A DNA stretch of 64,000 bases from Capsulimonadales bacterium (GCA_033762295.1 JANRLW010000064.1:1-64000), one strand, 5' to 3'; shown: positions 1 to 10,648, numbered from the stretch's first letter. Made by a program: numbers and translations. Notes: generated from the letters alone by a model not told the origin.

Positions 1-950
1 ACCTCCGGGAGCGGCATGCCGAGATTCAGCATTTTGGACATGGTCGTCACCATGTCGATAACCGGCCCATTGACATTCAGAATATGCAGGTCGGTGCTGA
101 TCGTATCGGGTGGAAAGCCATGGGCCAGCATCGGTGCGGCCTGACGGAACCAGAAACTGCCCGCGCCGTGACCCAGGTCGAAAAACATCCCGCGTTCGCG
201 GGCCTCGAACATAAATCGCTGTGGCTGTCGATGCTCATCCAGAATCGGGAAGTGTCTGGCGTACACATGGGTGTGGATATCGCCGGGGCGCATCCGGCGA
301 AGAAGCAGTTCCTCGTAAGGACGCTCGACCCGCGGAAAGAAGTCGAACATGACCGGCTTGCGGCACAGTTCCGCCGCCCGGATGGAGCGATCCACCGCAG
401 CCCAGGCCGTATTCCGGTCATCGAGGGGCTGCGTCGGCCGATAGTGGGCGGTCTTGATGCCGATACAGACGTCCGGATTTTCGAGGGCGGTGGCGGCGGC
501 CCGTTCCGGGTCCATTTCGTCGACGTCATGCTCCCACGGGCCGAGCATACCGGAATCCACGATATTGACGAAGGCCAGAATCCGCGTCGTGGCGACGTCG
601 ATCACGGTGCGCTTGAAGTGCGGGAAATGCCGGGCACCGGCGGTGCCCGTATCGACGGCGGTGGTGACGCCGGACCGGAGCGTATGATGGTCGGCGACGA
701 CGCTCAACCCCTCGGGGGCACCTTCCGGCGCGCGCGTGTGGTAGGCGTGCATATGCATGTCGAGCAACCCGGGCGTCACCAACCGCCCGGAAACATCCAC
801 CACCGTTTCGGCGGAGGATGCCGGAATATCCTCGGCGACCTGCGCGATACGGCCGTTTGCAATCCCGACGTCGGCGATGCCATAACGACCGTTCGCCGGA
901 TCGATGACCTGCCCGCCCTTCAACAGCAGCGAAAAGCGTGGTTCCTCCAT
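1..950 (-). CDS. Amidohydrolase/dihydroorotase-like metallohydrolase (partial, runs off left end; absent from ORF track)
   Basis: Manual translation from ATG at 950 (GGAGG RBS upstream): MEEPRFSLLLKGGQVIDPANGRYGIADVGIANGRIAQV...VTPGLLDMHMHAYH, the typical amidohydrolase N-terminus with the DxHxH metal motif. Confidence 0.85.
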   Translation of the reverse strand, partial: MEEPRFSLLLKGGQVIDPANGRYGIADVGIANGRIAQVAEDIPASSAETVVDVSGRLVTPGLLDMHMHAYHTRAPEGAPEGLSVVADHHTLRSGVTTAVDTGTAGARHFPHFKRTVIDVATTRILAFVNIVDSGMLGPWEHDVDEMDPERAAATALENPDVCIGIKTAHYRPTQPLDDRNTAWAAVDRSIRAAELCRKPVMFDFFPRVERPYEELLLRRMRPGDIHTHVYARHFPILDEHRQPQRFMFEARERGMFFDLGHGAGSFWFRQAAPMLAHGFPPDTISTDLHILNVNGPVIDMVTTMSKMLNLGMPLPE

Positions 951-1040
951 GTCTGCCTCCCTTGCCAACCCTTTCGCAGAGACTTCGACATGGCCGTCGG
1001 ATTTCCTTCGAGGAAAAGGGCAGCGGAAGGAAAATAGAGG

Positions 1041-2000
1041 TCAATCGTTCGATGGCGTTCGCCCATCGCCAAACTTCGCCAGGTCGTTTTTCAGCTTCAG
1101 AACGGCAAGGTCCTTGGCTTTCGCCTCGACCATGATATCGAACGGGCGAAGGCCCTCCGCTTTTTCCAGGAAGAACCGGAACTCGAACGGGTTGACGTAG
1201 TCCGCGTGGAGACGCAGGTCGGGCGCGGCCTGGTAGGTCTTCATCTCGCCCGCCTTTCCGGACTTTCGCGCCATTTCGACCGATTCGGTGCGTGGGGTGG
1301 AGTAGTGGATCTTCGGGGTCTGGTCGGCGGGCCAGGTCGCCAGACAGCGTTCCAGCGTGTCGCGCAGCGGCAGGCGTTCCGGATTGTTACAGAAGAAATG
1401 AAGGTTATCGAAGACGACGCGCGCGCCGCAGAGCGCATGAACCCGGAGAGCGTCCGCCGCCGAGTAGGTGACATCGTCATTTTCGACGACCAGACGCCGC
1501 CGGGCGGCCTCCGGCAGCGCGTCGAACCGTCGGGCGAAGCGTTCGATGCCCGCCGTCTTGTTGCCGTACGCCCCGCCGACATGGGTGACCACGACCGCCT
1601 CCGGGCCGCAGCCCATCCGGTCGAGGATCTCTCCCTGCGCGATCAGGTCGCGGATCGACTTTTCCGCAATGCTCTCGTCATGAGCGTTGAGAACGATGTA
1701 CTGCGACGGATGGAGCGAGAGACGGATACCGTACCGACGCGCCAGATCGCCGATTGCGGCAAGCTCCTCGGACGCCTCCTCCAACTGGCGATGAAACTGC
1801 GGCAGGTCGGGATGGGTCAGGTAGGGCGCGAGATCGCTGCTCATCCGGTACATGTTCAGATGGTGGCGATGACAGTAGTCCAGCACCTGCCGTAGATGGT
1901 CCAGGCTGCATTTCAGATGGGGATTGTTCTGCCAGCGGCGTGTGTCGCACTCTTTGATTCCGCCCTCGCCCAGTACCTTGACCGCGAACCCCAGACGCAT
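1041..2000 (-). CDS. uvsE: UV DNA damage repair endonuclease UvsE/UvdE
   Basis: MRLGFAVK, MYRMSSDL, LSLHPSQY, LVVENDD, VFDNLH, PKIHYS, HADYV and IMVEAKAKDLA motifs. Confidence 0.92.
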   Translation of the reverse strand: MRLGFAVKVLGEGGIKECDTRRWQNNPHLKCSLDHLRQVLDYCHRHHLNMYRMSSDLAPYLTHPDLPQFHRQLEEASEELAAIGDLARRYGIRLSLHPSQYIVLNAHDESIAEKSIRDLIAQGEILDRMGCGPEAVVVTHVGGAYGNKTAGIERFARRFDALPEAARRRLVVENDDVTYSAADALRVHALCGARVVFDNLHFFCNNPERLPLRDTLERCLATWPADQTPKIHYSTPRTESVEMARKSGKAGEMKTYQAAPDLRLHADYVNPFEFRFFLEKAEGLRPFDIMVEAKAKDLAVLKLKNDLAKFGDGRTPSND

Positions 2001-2052
2001 TCGAGCGTCCCCGCTTTCCGTTCCGTAGTTTCGGTTCTAACGGCGGAAAGCG

Positions 2053-2952
2053 TCAGGAGGTTCCGTCCATGAGGGCGAGGATGTTGGAAATCGGGATGCG
2101 GGAACCGCCGCCAGACGTCTGACAGTGCAGAGCCGCCGCCGCGGTCGCGAATCGGACGGTGCGCTGCAGGGACATTCCGCGCAAAAGTCCGTAGCAGAGA
2201 CCGGCACGGAAAGTGTCGCCCGCGCCGGTCGTGTCGACGATCGGGGAGACCGAGAAGGCGGGCACCGGAAACACGCCGTCCGCCCGGTCCGCGACGACGC
2301 ACCCCTCCGCGCCAAGAGTGACGATGGCGGTCTGCGCTCCGGCGGCGACCCAACCGGCCGCAAGCGTCTCCGGAGGGTCGGTCCGCCCCTGACGCAGCAA
2401 GCGTTCGCGTGACTCGACGACGATCCGGCTCAACGCCACGATGTCCTCCCGGTGACCGAAATCCATAGCGACGATCGAACATCCGAAGGACGCGGCCCGG
2501 ACGGTTTCAAGAACGGCCGCCTCGCCCAGGTTCGGATCGACCGCGAAGATCGGACGGGTCGCCAGGACGGGTTCGGGCAGAGGAGGAGGAGCTACCGCCT
2601 CGCGAAACCCCCGACCCGACATATACCGTTCGCCATCCGGGGTTACCCGCACCTGGCAGACCGGCGTTGTGGCGGTCGGGATATCGGGCACGAACGTGCG
2701 GGGCAGGCCGAGAGGATGATGGTCCAGAAGTTGACGAAGACGGTCGCCCTCAACGTCCGCGCCGATGGCGGTGCCGGTCAGCAGGACGTTTACCTCCCAT
2801 CCGGCAAGGGCGGTGGCGGTATTGAACGCCTCGCCGCCGGGAAACTCGACCGCTTCGGTCATCGGGGAGTCCGGCGTCCGGACCCGCGCGAGAATATCCA
2901 GACAGACCGTCCCGTAAACGACGACCTCAGGCGACCTCGGAACGGTCGACAT
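2053..2952 (-). CDS. PfkB family carbohydrate kinase
   Basis: PGGEAFNTA near the N-terminus and the VDTTGAGDTF PfkB signature. Confidence 0.9.
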   Translation of the reverse strand: MSTVPRSPEVVVYGTVCLDILARVRTPDSPMTEAVEFPGGEAFNTATALAGWEVNVLLTGTAIGADVEGDRLRQLLDHHPLGLPRTFVPDIPTATTPVCQVRVTPDGERYMSGRGFREAVAPPPLPEPVLATRPIFAVDPNLGEAAVLETVRAASFGCSIVAMDFGHREDIVALSRIVVESRERLLRQGRTDPPETLAAGWVAAGAQTAIVTLGAEGCVVADRADGVFPVPAFSVSPIVDTTGAGDTFRAGLCYGLLRGMSLQRTVRFATAAAALHCQTSGGGSRIPISNILALMDGTS

Positions 2953-2961
2953 AGGGAGCGA

Positions 2962-3522
2962 TTACTCCAGTTCGAGTTTGGCGAAACGGTTTTCGGTCGG
3001 ATCGAGACGTTTGCGCAGGGCGTCGTAAGCGGAGTTGACACGGGCGAGGATCACTTTGGCGGTCTCCTGATCGTCAGACCCGTCCGGGAAACGGCGCGGA
3101 TCACAGCGGTTGACCAGTTCCTCGTATTTGGTGACGACCGCCGCCAGATCGCTCCCGACCGGCAGACCGAGAATCTTGTAGTCCCGCGCGTTCGGGTCCT
3201 GTTCGGGGAGGGTATGCGGCGTCTTGTTCGCCGATGTCGTGGACGCGGAGCTATTGTCGAGGAGCGGCTCCTCAACCGGCGCACGGCCCTGACGGGCTTC
3301 CAGTTCGCGTCGGGCCGCGTCGATCCGCAACTGCGCCCGCTCCATGATCGCGTCCGGCGATGCGTCATCCATCGGAGGCTTGCCGGCTTCCGATGTCGCC
3401 ATGTCCAGTTCCTTTTCGGCGAGCGCATCGTCGATCCGATCGCGAACCTGATTCAGATACGCCTTGCCGATATTCCAGATTCGATTGGGGATACTCAAAA
3501 CGCCATACCTCTCCCACGACAA
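2962..3522 (-). CDS. Protein with C-terminal degenerate J-like domain
   Basis: DYKILGL...YEELVNRCDPRRF...VNSAYDAL matches J-domain helices, but HPD is replaced by DPR. Confidence 0.65.
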   Translation of the reverse strand: MSWERYGVLSIPNRIWNIGKAYLNQVRDRIDDALAEKELDMATSEAGKPPMDDASPDAIMERAQLRIDAARRELEARQGRAPVEEPLLDNSSASTTSANKTPHTLPEQDPNARDYKILGLPVGSDLAAVVTKYEELVNRCDPRRFPDGSDDQETAKVILARVNSAYDALRKRLDPTENRFAKLELE

Positions 3523-3572
3523 TTCCCATTCCTATAGTATCTCAACTGACAACGCTTCCTCAAGGAAGGTTC

Positions 3573-4481
3573 TCAGGTGTCCGCAATCCGGGCGACCCGT
3601 ATCGCCTCGTTGGGTCGTGCCGGAAAATGCATCAGTTCCCCCGGCGTCAGTAACTCCCAGAGGGCGTTTTCATCGGTCCGCTCGGACGCGATCAGAAAGC
3701 CGCCGTCCGGCCCGGCTTCGGTCAACGGACGCGCATACAGCGTGTAGTATTCCGGTTCACGACGGAACTGCCGCAGGACGAACAGTCCGTCCGGGTGCGC
3801 CATGACCAGATTCAGAGCGGTGTAACAACGGGTCTCGTCCCCTGCAAAGTCGCTGTCGGCAAGGAGACGAGAGCGTTCGGTCAGAACGCGCAGCGAGTCC
3901 GCCAGGCGAAGGAACGGATCGTCGCTCGACTCGACCCGTCCGGCAAGCCAGGCGGCCAGCACCACCGTGTCGTTGTCCGAGCGGGCGGCGGCGATCTTTC
4001 CTGCCCGTTCCAGATCCTCGCGCAACGATTTCAGTAACGGGGCGCGAACTGTCCCGTTGTGCGCGACAAGCAGGGAATCGCCCGGACGTCCGTCGGAGGG
4101 GGCGAAGTCCGCGCGGACCGGGTGAGCGTTCTCGCCGGTGACCGCACCCATGGACGCCTTGCGAAGATGCCCGATCAAGGACCGCGCCGGTCCGTTGCCC
4201 GCGCCACCGCGCGACGCCGACTCGGCGGCGATGACAAAGTAACCGGAAGCGGCGGCCGACCCGGTCTGCCGTATCAGCGACACCTGCCCGGCGTCGTCGA
4301 ACCAGCCGATTCCCCAGGAATCCGCGTGTCCCGGATCGCTTCCGTCCGGAACGCAGCCGGTTTCGGCCTGCTGACGCAGGGAGTTGGGCGCGCCGACCAG
4401 ATGCTGCCAGGACGGCAAAAGGGCGGCTTGCGCCGCCCCGGAGCGATCCTGAAAGGAGATCATCCCGACCATTCTGCACAT
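3573..4481 (-). CDS. Class II glutamine amidotransferase (Ntn hydrolase, YafJ/EgtC-like)
   Basis: N-terminal MCR, HADSWGIGW, GHLRKAS, ENAHP, AHNGT and IASE motifs. Confidence 0.85.
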   Translation of the reverse strand: MCRMVGMISFQDRSGAAQAALLPSWQHLVGAPNSLRQQAETGCVPDGSDPGHADSWGIGWFDDAGQVSLIRQTGSAAASGYFVIAAESASRGGAGNGPARSLIGHLRKASMGAVTGENAHPVRADFAPSDGRPGDSLLVAHNGTVRAPLLKSLREDLERAGKIAAARSDNDTVVLAAWLAGRVESSDDPFLRLADSLRVLTERSRLLADSDFAGDETRCYTALNLVMAHPDGLFVLRQFRREPEYYTLYARPLTEAGPDGGFLIASERTDENALWELLTPGELMHFPARPNEAIRVARIADT

Positions 4482-4499
4482 AAGGATTTTTGAGGCCGA

Positions 4500-5267
4500 T
4501 TAGCTACCGCTGCCGCTGATCTTGGCTTCCAGACGCGCCAGTTCGCTTTCGACGCTGTTATCGGCGACCGTGGTCGTCGGGCGAGCGACGGTGGACTGCG
4601 AACCGATCCCCATCTTGGCTTCGAGCTGAGAAAGTTCGTTCTCGGCGGCCACATCCGCTTCGTTGATCTCCAGTTCGCGGAGTCGGCTTTCGACGCGGGT
4701 CTTGCCGAGTTCGACACGGGCCTGCATTTCGGAGTTCGCGGACTGGATTTTGCGCTGAGCGTTGGCGAAGGCGCTCTCGGTGGATTCGATGCCCTGCATG
4801 CCATCGAGGGCTTTGCTCATGGCGATCTGAATCTGGCTGTTCTTCCACTGAGCCTTCAGGGCGAGCGCCTCGGCCGTCTTCTGGCGAATCCGCTCCTCTT
4901 CCCGCTTGATGGCGGCCTTGACCTGCTCGGAGGTTTCGATCGCCTGTTCCAGCTGGGAGCGAGTCATGGTCAACGACTGCTCGTACGACTGCTTCTCCTT
5001 CAGCAGATTGAGGGCCAGTTCCCGATCCCCTCGCTTCAGCGCGAGTTCGGCTTTGGCCTGAAGATTGTCGACGGTCTTTTGCAGATCGTTGACCATCTGC
5101 TGCAGGTTGTTTTTCTGGGTGATGGCCTGAACGGCGCGTTCGCGGTTCTTGGCATGAACGGCCCGCATCTCTTCCTGGGCCTGTGTCAGCAGCAATTCCG
5201 GGTTTTCCAGCTGCTCGATCCCGGCGCCAAACCAGGACTTAATCAGGTTAATCAGTCGCTTGAACAT
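4500..5267 (-). CDS. pspA: PspA/IM30 family protein
   Basis: MFKRLINLIKS amphipathic N-terminus, ENPELLLTQ, AELALKRGDRELA, long coiled coil, ELARLEAK tail. Confidence 0.9.
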   Translation of the reverse strand: MFKRLINLIKSWFGAGIEQLENPELLLTQAQEEMRAVHAKNRERAVQAITQKNNLQQMVNDLQKTVDNLQAKAELALKRGDRELALNLLKEKQSYEQSLTMTRSQLEQAIETSEQVKAAIKREEERIRQKTAEALALKAQWKNSQIQIAMSKALDGMQGIESTESAFANAQRKIQSANSEMQARVELGKTRVESRLRELEINEADVAAENELSQLEAKMGIGSQSTVARPTTTVADNSVESELARLEAKISGSGS

Positions 5268-5517
5268 CGTGCTTTCGTTCCCCTGCGCTACAGGACGATA
5301 GGCTTATCGCGCCGCCCTGCCTCATCGCTGAATTTTTCCACCTTGCGGCGAACTACCGAAGACGTATATGGTACGTTGCGCGGCGCCGCGCAGGTTTCCG
5401 TCCGTCGTCTGCGCCGACCGCGTTGCGCCAGGAAAGACTTCGAACGCCCTGCCGCCCGATCCTGTGTTTTTCGACACCGGGACAAAGGTTTCGGTTGCGT
5501 TCTTCGCTCAGGGCTTC

Positions 5518-5526
5518 ATTATACCA
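5518..5526 (-). promoter_or_regulatory. Putative extended -10 promoter (TGgTATAAT) upstream of the pspA cluster
   Basis: Consensus TGnTATAAT on the minus strand about 250 bp upstream of pspA. Confidence 0.45.
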
Positions 5527-5688
5527 GAGATTGCCACGGTGTTGGTCACCCACGGGCGCGTCCCTATCCGATTTATCGGCACTCCTCACACCGGGCAATA
5601 GCCATACTCCGGATTTTCATGGGGGTTCCAAAACATGGCCACCGGACTCGATCAAGTCCGGTGGCTCCTTTGGCGAAGTGAACGAGGA

Positions 5689-6387
5689 TCAGTTGTCGGC
5701 GAGGAGGATCGCTTCGAGCGGCCGACCGACACCCGGATCGCCGATCGCGACCCCGGTACGCACCTGCCCGGCGGTCAGGGTCACCGTTCCGGTATCGATC
5801 GCCACCGTCTTCGTACCGGTCGGTGTGATGCGGACGCGATACGAGCCGGCGGGTACCTGAAGATAGCCGGAGTTCGCCTTGAAAGGAACATTCGGCAGAG
5901 TCGGCGTCGCGGTCGCCAGGTCGGCGGTCGGCGCGGTGATGTAGATATCGACCGGTCCCGCGGCGGGCGAGGCGTGCACCAGGCGCAGTTTGATGTTCCC
6001 GGAGGTCGGAGCCGCCGTTTCGTCGGACAGGATCAGCGGCTCGATGCGGGCCAGACGGTCAACCGCCAGGACGGTCGTCCGCGTGTTTGGCGCGAAGTTT
6101 GCCGTGGCATTGATGACCGTCGTCTCGGTACCCGCAGCGTTCACCTTGAGGTTGCGGTTCCCGGCGAGGATCGTCAGGTAGCCGGAAGCGGTTCGGTAGG
6201 GAACATTGGTCAGAAAATTGATATCGTCGACGCGGACATCGACCGCCGGCGCGTTCGGAGAGGCGTGCACAACCCGAAGTCGGGACTGTTCGACGGAAAA
6301 GAGCGCACCATTGCCGGAACCGCAGCCGGCCAGGCTGGCGGCGAATAATGTGGTGAGGGTCACGAGAAGAAAGGAGCGTCGCAGCAT
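5689..6387 (-). CDS. DUF4397 domain lipoprotein
   Basis: LAGC lipobox; two repeats of (L)RxVHASPxAxxVD. Confidence 0.88.
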   Translation of the reverse strand: MLRRSFLLVTLTTLFAASLAGCGSGNGALFSVEQSRLRVVHASPNAPAVDVRVDDINFLTNVPYRTASGYLTILAGNRNLKVNAAGTETTVINATANFAPNTRTTVLAVDRLARIEPLILSDETAAPTSGNIKLRLVHASPAAGPVDIYITAPTADLATATPTLPNVPFKANSGYLQVPAGSYRVRITPTGTKTVAIDTGTVTLTAGQVRTGVAIGDPGVGRPLEAILLADN

Positions 6388-6507
6388 AGAATTCTTTCTA
6401 ATGGTCGAGTGGGATCGAGCCGGAAAACCCCCTCCGTGCTCCGAAACGCGAAAATGGCGAACGAAACAGGGACGTTAACCGGGCTTCCGGGACGTTCAAC
6501 GCCCGCC

Positions 6508-7581
6508 TTATCGCCCGGTTCCCGGAATTGACGTCGGGGCGAGGAAAAGATCCGAGACAACCGGGCGATGGTCGGAAGCGGTCACCGCGGGAACGACCGT
6601 TCGCACGGCGCGGACACCGTTTCGGGTGAAGATATGGTCGATTCGGAGACAGGGGAAACCGGATGGGTACGTCCAGCCGAAACCGCTGCCCGAGGCGGTG
6701 AAGGCGTCCTCGAAATCGGCGGTCAGCCGCCGATACAGCACGCCGCGCGGAGGTGTGTTGAAGTCCCCGCAAAGAATCAGCGGACCGGCGATCCTTCGGG
6801 TTGCCGCCTCGATCTTTTCGAACTGCCGCGCCCGTATGGCGGTAGTGCGATGCAGATACGAAGGCAGCGACCCGCGATGACGACGGACGGTTTCCGGGGT
6901 GGCCGCCGTGACCGGATGGACCGTCATCACCGTCACGATCCGATCGCCGATCGTCACCTCCGCCGAAAGGGCGACCCGCCGGTTCCCTTCAACGATCGAC
7001 ACCGTACGAACGTTCCGCAGCGGATAGCGGCTCGCGATCGCCACCTCCGCCGCCCGAACGAAGCGGTACCCTGTCAGGCGGCTTTCCAGCAGGGGAATCG
7101 GGTCGGGCAGGGAACCGTCGCCCCGCGTCTCCTGGAGGCAGACCACGTCGGCCCCGGATCGACGGATCTCCTGCGCCACCCGGTCGATACCCTTCGCTCC
7201 CTTTTCAATGTTGTAGGTCATCAGGCGAAACCGTGGTCCCGTCGGCGTCTCCTGCCGGGTCGGAAAACGCCCGCCCAGACCGACCGGAACGACGAACGCC
7301 GCCGAGAGCAGGTGGATCGGAAGGGCGCGAAAATCGCGGCGGAACAGCGACCACGAAAAGGCAAGCGCGGTCGGAACCAGCAGCAGGAGCGGTGGCGCGT
7401 AGGCGAAAAGGGTCGTGATCCAGGTACGCTCGCCCGGATATTCTCCGGCCCACCAGAGGCCGACCGTGAGAAGAAGGCTCAGGAACGACGGAAGGATCGT
7501 ACCGCGACGGGCTATCCGCTGACGTCGACGGGCGGGCGAAGCGGGGCGAGCCGGCGATCCGGAAGAGGGGTTTTCAGGCAA
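6508..7581 (-). CDS. Membrane-anchored endonuclease/exonuclease/phosphatase (EEP) family protein; start uncertain
   Basis: N-terminal TM segments; MTYNI, DVVCLQE, LCGDFNT, RIDHIF and SDH motifs; TTG at 7581 has a GAGGA RBS. Confidence 0.85.
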   Translation of the reverse strand: MPENPSSGSPARPASPARRRQRIARRGTILPSFLSLLLTVGLWWAGEYPGERTWITTLFAYAPPLLLLVPTALAFSWSLFRRDFRALPIHLLSAAFVVPVGLGGRFPTRQETPTGPRFRLMTYNIEKGAKGIDRVAQEIRRSGADVVCLQETRGDGSLPDPIPLLESRLTGYRFVRAAEVAIASRYPLRNVRTVSIVEGNRRVALSAEVTIGDRIVTVMTVHPVTAATPETVRRHRGSLPSYLHRTTAIRARQFEKIEAATRRIAGPLILCGDFNTPPRGVLYRRLTADFEDAFTASGSGFGWTYPSGFPCLRIDHIFTRNGVRAVRTVVPAVTASDHRPVVSDLFLAPTSIPGTGR

Positions 7582-7663
7582 GGAATTCCTCAATCCGGTT
7601 ACGAAATTAAGCCTGTCGGCAGTTCCGTCGTTTTTGCGGAATGGATACCGCCGGAGGATGATG

Positions 7664-9520
7664 ATGACTTGGGAACGGATCACGGACGATCTTCTGAGGT
7701 TTCGCGACAGCTGTAATGTCTATGCGCTGCGCGCGCCGGAGGGAATCGTCCTCGTCAACGCCGGGAGCGGTCGGTGGCTGGCGCATCAGGACGAACTGCC
7801 CGCACAGCCCGTCGCGCTGCTCTGCACTCATTACTTCCGCGATCATTCGGCCGGCGCGGTCGCCGCCGCGCGTCGAGGAATACCGGTCCATGTTCCCGAG
7901 GGAGAGGAAGCTCTCTTCGCCGATCCGGAGCAGCACTTCCGTCAGCGGGAGACCTACATCATCTACGATAACCTCTGGGATCTCTACGCGCCGATCGAAG
8001 CGGTTCCGGTCGCCGCAACGCTGCGCGATTATGAGACCGTCGCCCTGGCCGGAACGTCGGTCGAGGTGATTCCGCTGCCGGGGGTCACGATGACCCAGAT
8101 CGGAATCGGGGTGACACTCGCCGATGGCCGTTCGGCGGTTTTTTGCGGGGAAGCGATCCATTCTCCGGGAAAACTCGCCCGGATCGCGCCGCTCCAGTAC
8201 AACTATAACGACCTGAACGGCGCGGTTCAATGCCATTTCGCCGCCGGAGAACTGCGCAAGCGAAAGCCCGACCTCCTGTTTCCGAGCCTGGGCGAACCCA
8301 TCCTGACCGACACCGATGCCGCATTGGGCGAACTGCAGGACAACCTGCGCCGTCTGGCCGAACCCCGACCCGGACTGGTCGGCAATATGGCGGTCTCGGA
8401 GACCGAACCGCTGGAACGGGTCACCGACCATGTCTGGCTCGACCCGCATTCGGTCGCGAATACCTGGTACCTGATCAGCGACTCCGGGAAGGCGCTGGCG
8501 ATCGATTACGGCTACCATCGGACCACCTGCGCCGCCTGGCAGGGCTATCCGAAACCGGAACGTCGGCGGGCGTTACTGCACGGGTTGACCGGACTGAAGC
8601 AGCGGTTCGGGATCGACCGGATCGATGTCGTGCTGGTCAGCCATTTCCACGATGACCACGTTTGCGGTATCCCGGTATTGCAGCGTCTTCAGGGGACGCA
8701 GTGCTGGGCCGCCGAGAACTTCGCCGACCTGTTGCGCCACCCGGAAGCGCACTGCTTCCCCTGCGATTGGCCGGTCGCCGCCCGGATCGACCGGGAACTG
8801 CCGCTCGGGACGCCGTTCATGTGGGAGGAGTATACGTTCGTTTTGCATCCGATGAACGGCCATACCCGGTTCGCCGCCCTGATCGGGTTCGAAGCGGACG
8901 GAAAGCGGTTCGCGCATACCGGCGACCAGTATTTCTTCAACGGCGATTTTTCGGGAGGTAAGGGCTTCGCCGGAGTCGGTCGGATGCAGAACCACGTCTT
9001 TCGCAACGGGGCGTTGCTCGACGGCTACGAGATCAGCGGGAAATGGATGCGGGACTGGCGTCCGGACATCGTCCTGCAGGGGCATCAACCGGCGATGTTT
9101 ACCGACGACGCCTTCTTCGCTCATATCGCCGAATGGTCGACGGATTACGCGGACCTCGCCCGCCGGATTCTGCCCCTCGGCGAGGAGGAGGCGCATTTCA
9201 ACCTGGACGCCTGGGGCGGGTGGGTCCGACCGTACCGGACGTGTCACCCCGACGTTCGCCCGATCACGGTGACGGTGACGGTTCGCAACCCGTTGCCCTG
9301 TCCGGCGATGCTGGAGGTCCGACTGGTCGGTATCGAGGGCTGGCAGGGCGAGACGGCTTCCCTGCCCGCCGACGCCCGAGCGGAAGTCTCGACCGAACTG
9401 ACCATCGTTCCGACCGGTCGCTGTCGGCGTCAACCGTTCGCGGTCGAACTCACCGTCGAGGGGCGTTGCTACGGTCAGGTCGCCGAAGCTCTTGCCACTC
9501 TGGGGCACTCCAGATTCTGA
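7664..9520 (+). CDS. Tandem MBL-fold metallo-hydrolase
   Basis: Two MBL-like halves (THYFRDH degenerate; SHFHDDH canonical), GHT and FAHTGD; GGAGG RBS at 7653-7657. Confidence 0.82.
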   Translation: MTWERITDDLLRFRDSCNVYALRAPEGIVLVNAGSGRWLAHQDELPAQPVALLCTHYFRDHSAGAVAAARRGIPVHVPEGEEALFADPEQHFRQRETYIIYDNLWDLYAPIEAVPVAATLRDYETVALAGTSVEVIPLPGVTMTQIGIGVTLADGRSAVFCGEAIHSPGKLARIAPLQYNYNDLNGAVQCHFAAGELRKRKPDLLFPSLGEPILTDTDAALGELQDNLRRLAEPRPGLVGNMAVSETEPLERVTDHVWLDPHSVANTWYLISDSGKALAIDYGYHRTTCAAWQGYPKPERRRALLHGLTGLKQRFGIDRIDVVLVSHFHDDHVCGIPVLQRLQGTQCWAAENFADLLRHPEAHCFPCDWPVAARIDRELPLGTPFMWEEYTFVLHPMNGHTRFAALIGFEADGKRFAHTGDQYFFNGDFSGGKGFAGVGRMQNHVFRNGALLDGYEISGKWMRDWRPDIVLQGHQPAMFTDDAFFAHIAEWSTDYADLARRILPLGEEEAHFNLDAWGGWVRPYRTCHPDVRPITVTVTVRNPLPCPAMLEVRLVGIEGWQGETASLPADARAEVSTELTIVPTGRCRRQPFAVELTVEGRCYGQVAEALATLGHSRF

Positions 9521-9790
9521 TCGACCGCAAAGCGCCGATCACGATACCGCGAAGTCCGTGTGTTTCCGAAACTCCGGGGAGCGAAAACCGAGGACGATAT
9601 GCTCCCTGGGTACTCCCGCTTCCAGCAGACGATAGCCGACGCCATCCGAGGTGCCGTCGTGCTGAATCCAAATCTTGCCGTTACGAATATCGCGACCTGC
9701 CAGCGATCAAGCACCGCTTTTGCGGCTCGTTCGTTGCGTCCATGCCGTCGCTTTTCCGCTAATTATAATCCGGACACAAACCGAAATCCG

Positions 9791-10648
9791 CTACTTCATT
9801 CCGGTCGTGGCGATGCCCTGGATGAAAGTGCGCTGGGCAAGGAAAAACAGCAGAATCACCGGAGAGATGACCAGAACGGAGGCGGCCATCAGCAGGTTCC
9901 ATTCGGTGCCGCCGTGCTGCGACTGGAACGTCTGCAGGCCAAGCGCGAGTGTGTACTGGCCCGGGTCCTGAAGATACACCAGCGGTCCCAGAAAATCGTT
10001 CCATGCTCCCATGAACGTGAACAGAGCGACCACCGCCAGGGCCGGGCGCGAAAGCGGCAAAACGATCCGCCGGAAGATGCCGAACTCCGAACAGCCGTCG
10101 AGCTGCGCGGCCTCCGACAATTCCATCGGAAGTGTCAGGAAGAACTGACGGAGCATGAAAATGTTGAACGCCGAGCCGAACCACGACGGCAGCCAGAGCG
10201 GTGTCAGTGTCCCGAGCAGGGGAACCCCGGTGTGGTCACCCAGCCAGCGGAAGACCGTGAAGAGCGGGACCATGATGACCGGGAACGGGATCATCATCGT
10301 CGCCAGCATCAGCCCGAAAAGCGTGCTGTTCCCCTTGAACCGGATTCGGGCGAAGCCGTAGGCCACGAGCGAACTCGACAGGGTGGTTCCCAGCACCGAC
10401 AGCACGGCGACCATCAGCGTATTGCGGGTGAGCAACGGGAAGTTCAGTTTCGGGTTTTGCAGCACCTTGACGTAGTTCTGCGGAACGATCGGATCGGGGA
10501 CCCACTGCGGCGGCATCGCCATAGTCCGGTCCAGCGTCTTCAGGCTGGTCGACATCATCCAGAGAAACGGCAGGGCGAACCCCAGGCAGAGGATCAACAG
10601 GGCGACCAGAACGATCATATTTCCCAGCGGGTTTGGTTTTCGGCTCAT
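9791..10648 (-). CDS. Carbohydrate ABC transporter permease (MalG-like)
   Basis: EAAQLDGC EAA motif, WNDFLGPL, six TM segments. Confidence 0.93.
   Translation of the reverse strand: MSRKPNPLGNMIVLVALLILCLGFALPFLWMMSTSLKTLDRTMAMPPQWVPDPIVPQNYVKVLQNPKLNFPLLTRNTLMVAVLSVLGTTLSSSLVAYGFARIRFKGNSTLFGLMLATMMIPFPVIMVPLFTVFRWLGDHTGVPLLGTLTPLWLPSWFGSAFNIFMLRQFFLTLPMELSEAAQLDGCSEFGIFRRIVLPLSRPALAVVALFTFMGAWNDFLGPLVYLQDPGQYTLALGLQTFQSQHGGTEWNLLMAASVLVISPVILLFFLAQRTFIQGIATTGMK

Noticed and set aside
84..1037. 317-aa + strand ORF
   Set aside because: Antisense shadow of the minus-strand amidohydrolase (1-950), which has clear motifs and an RBS.
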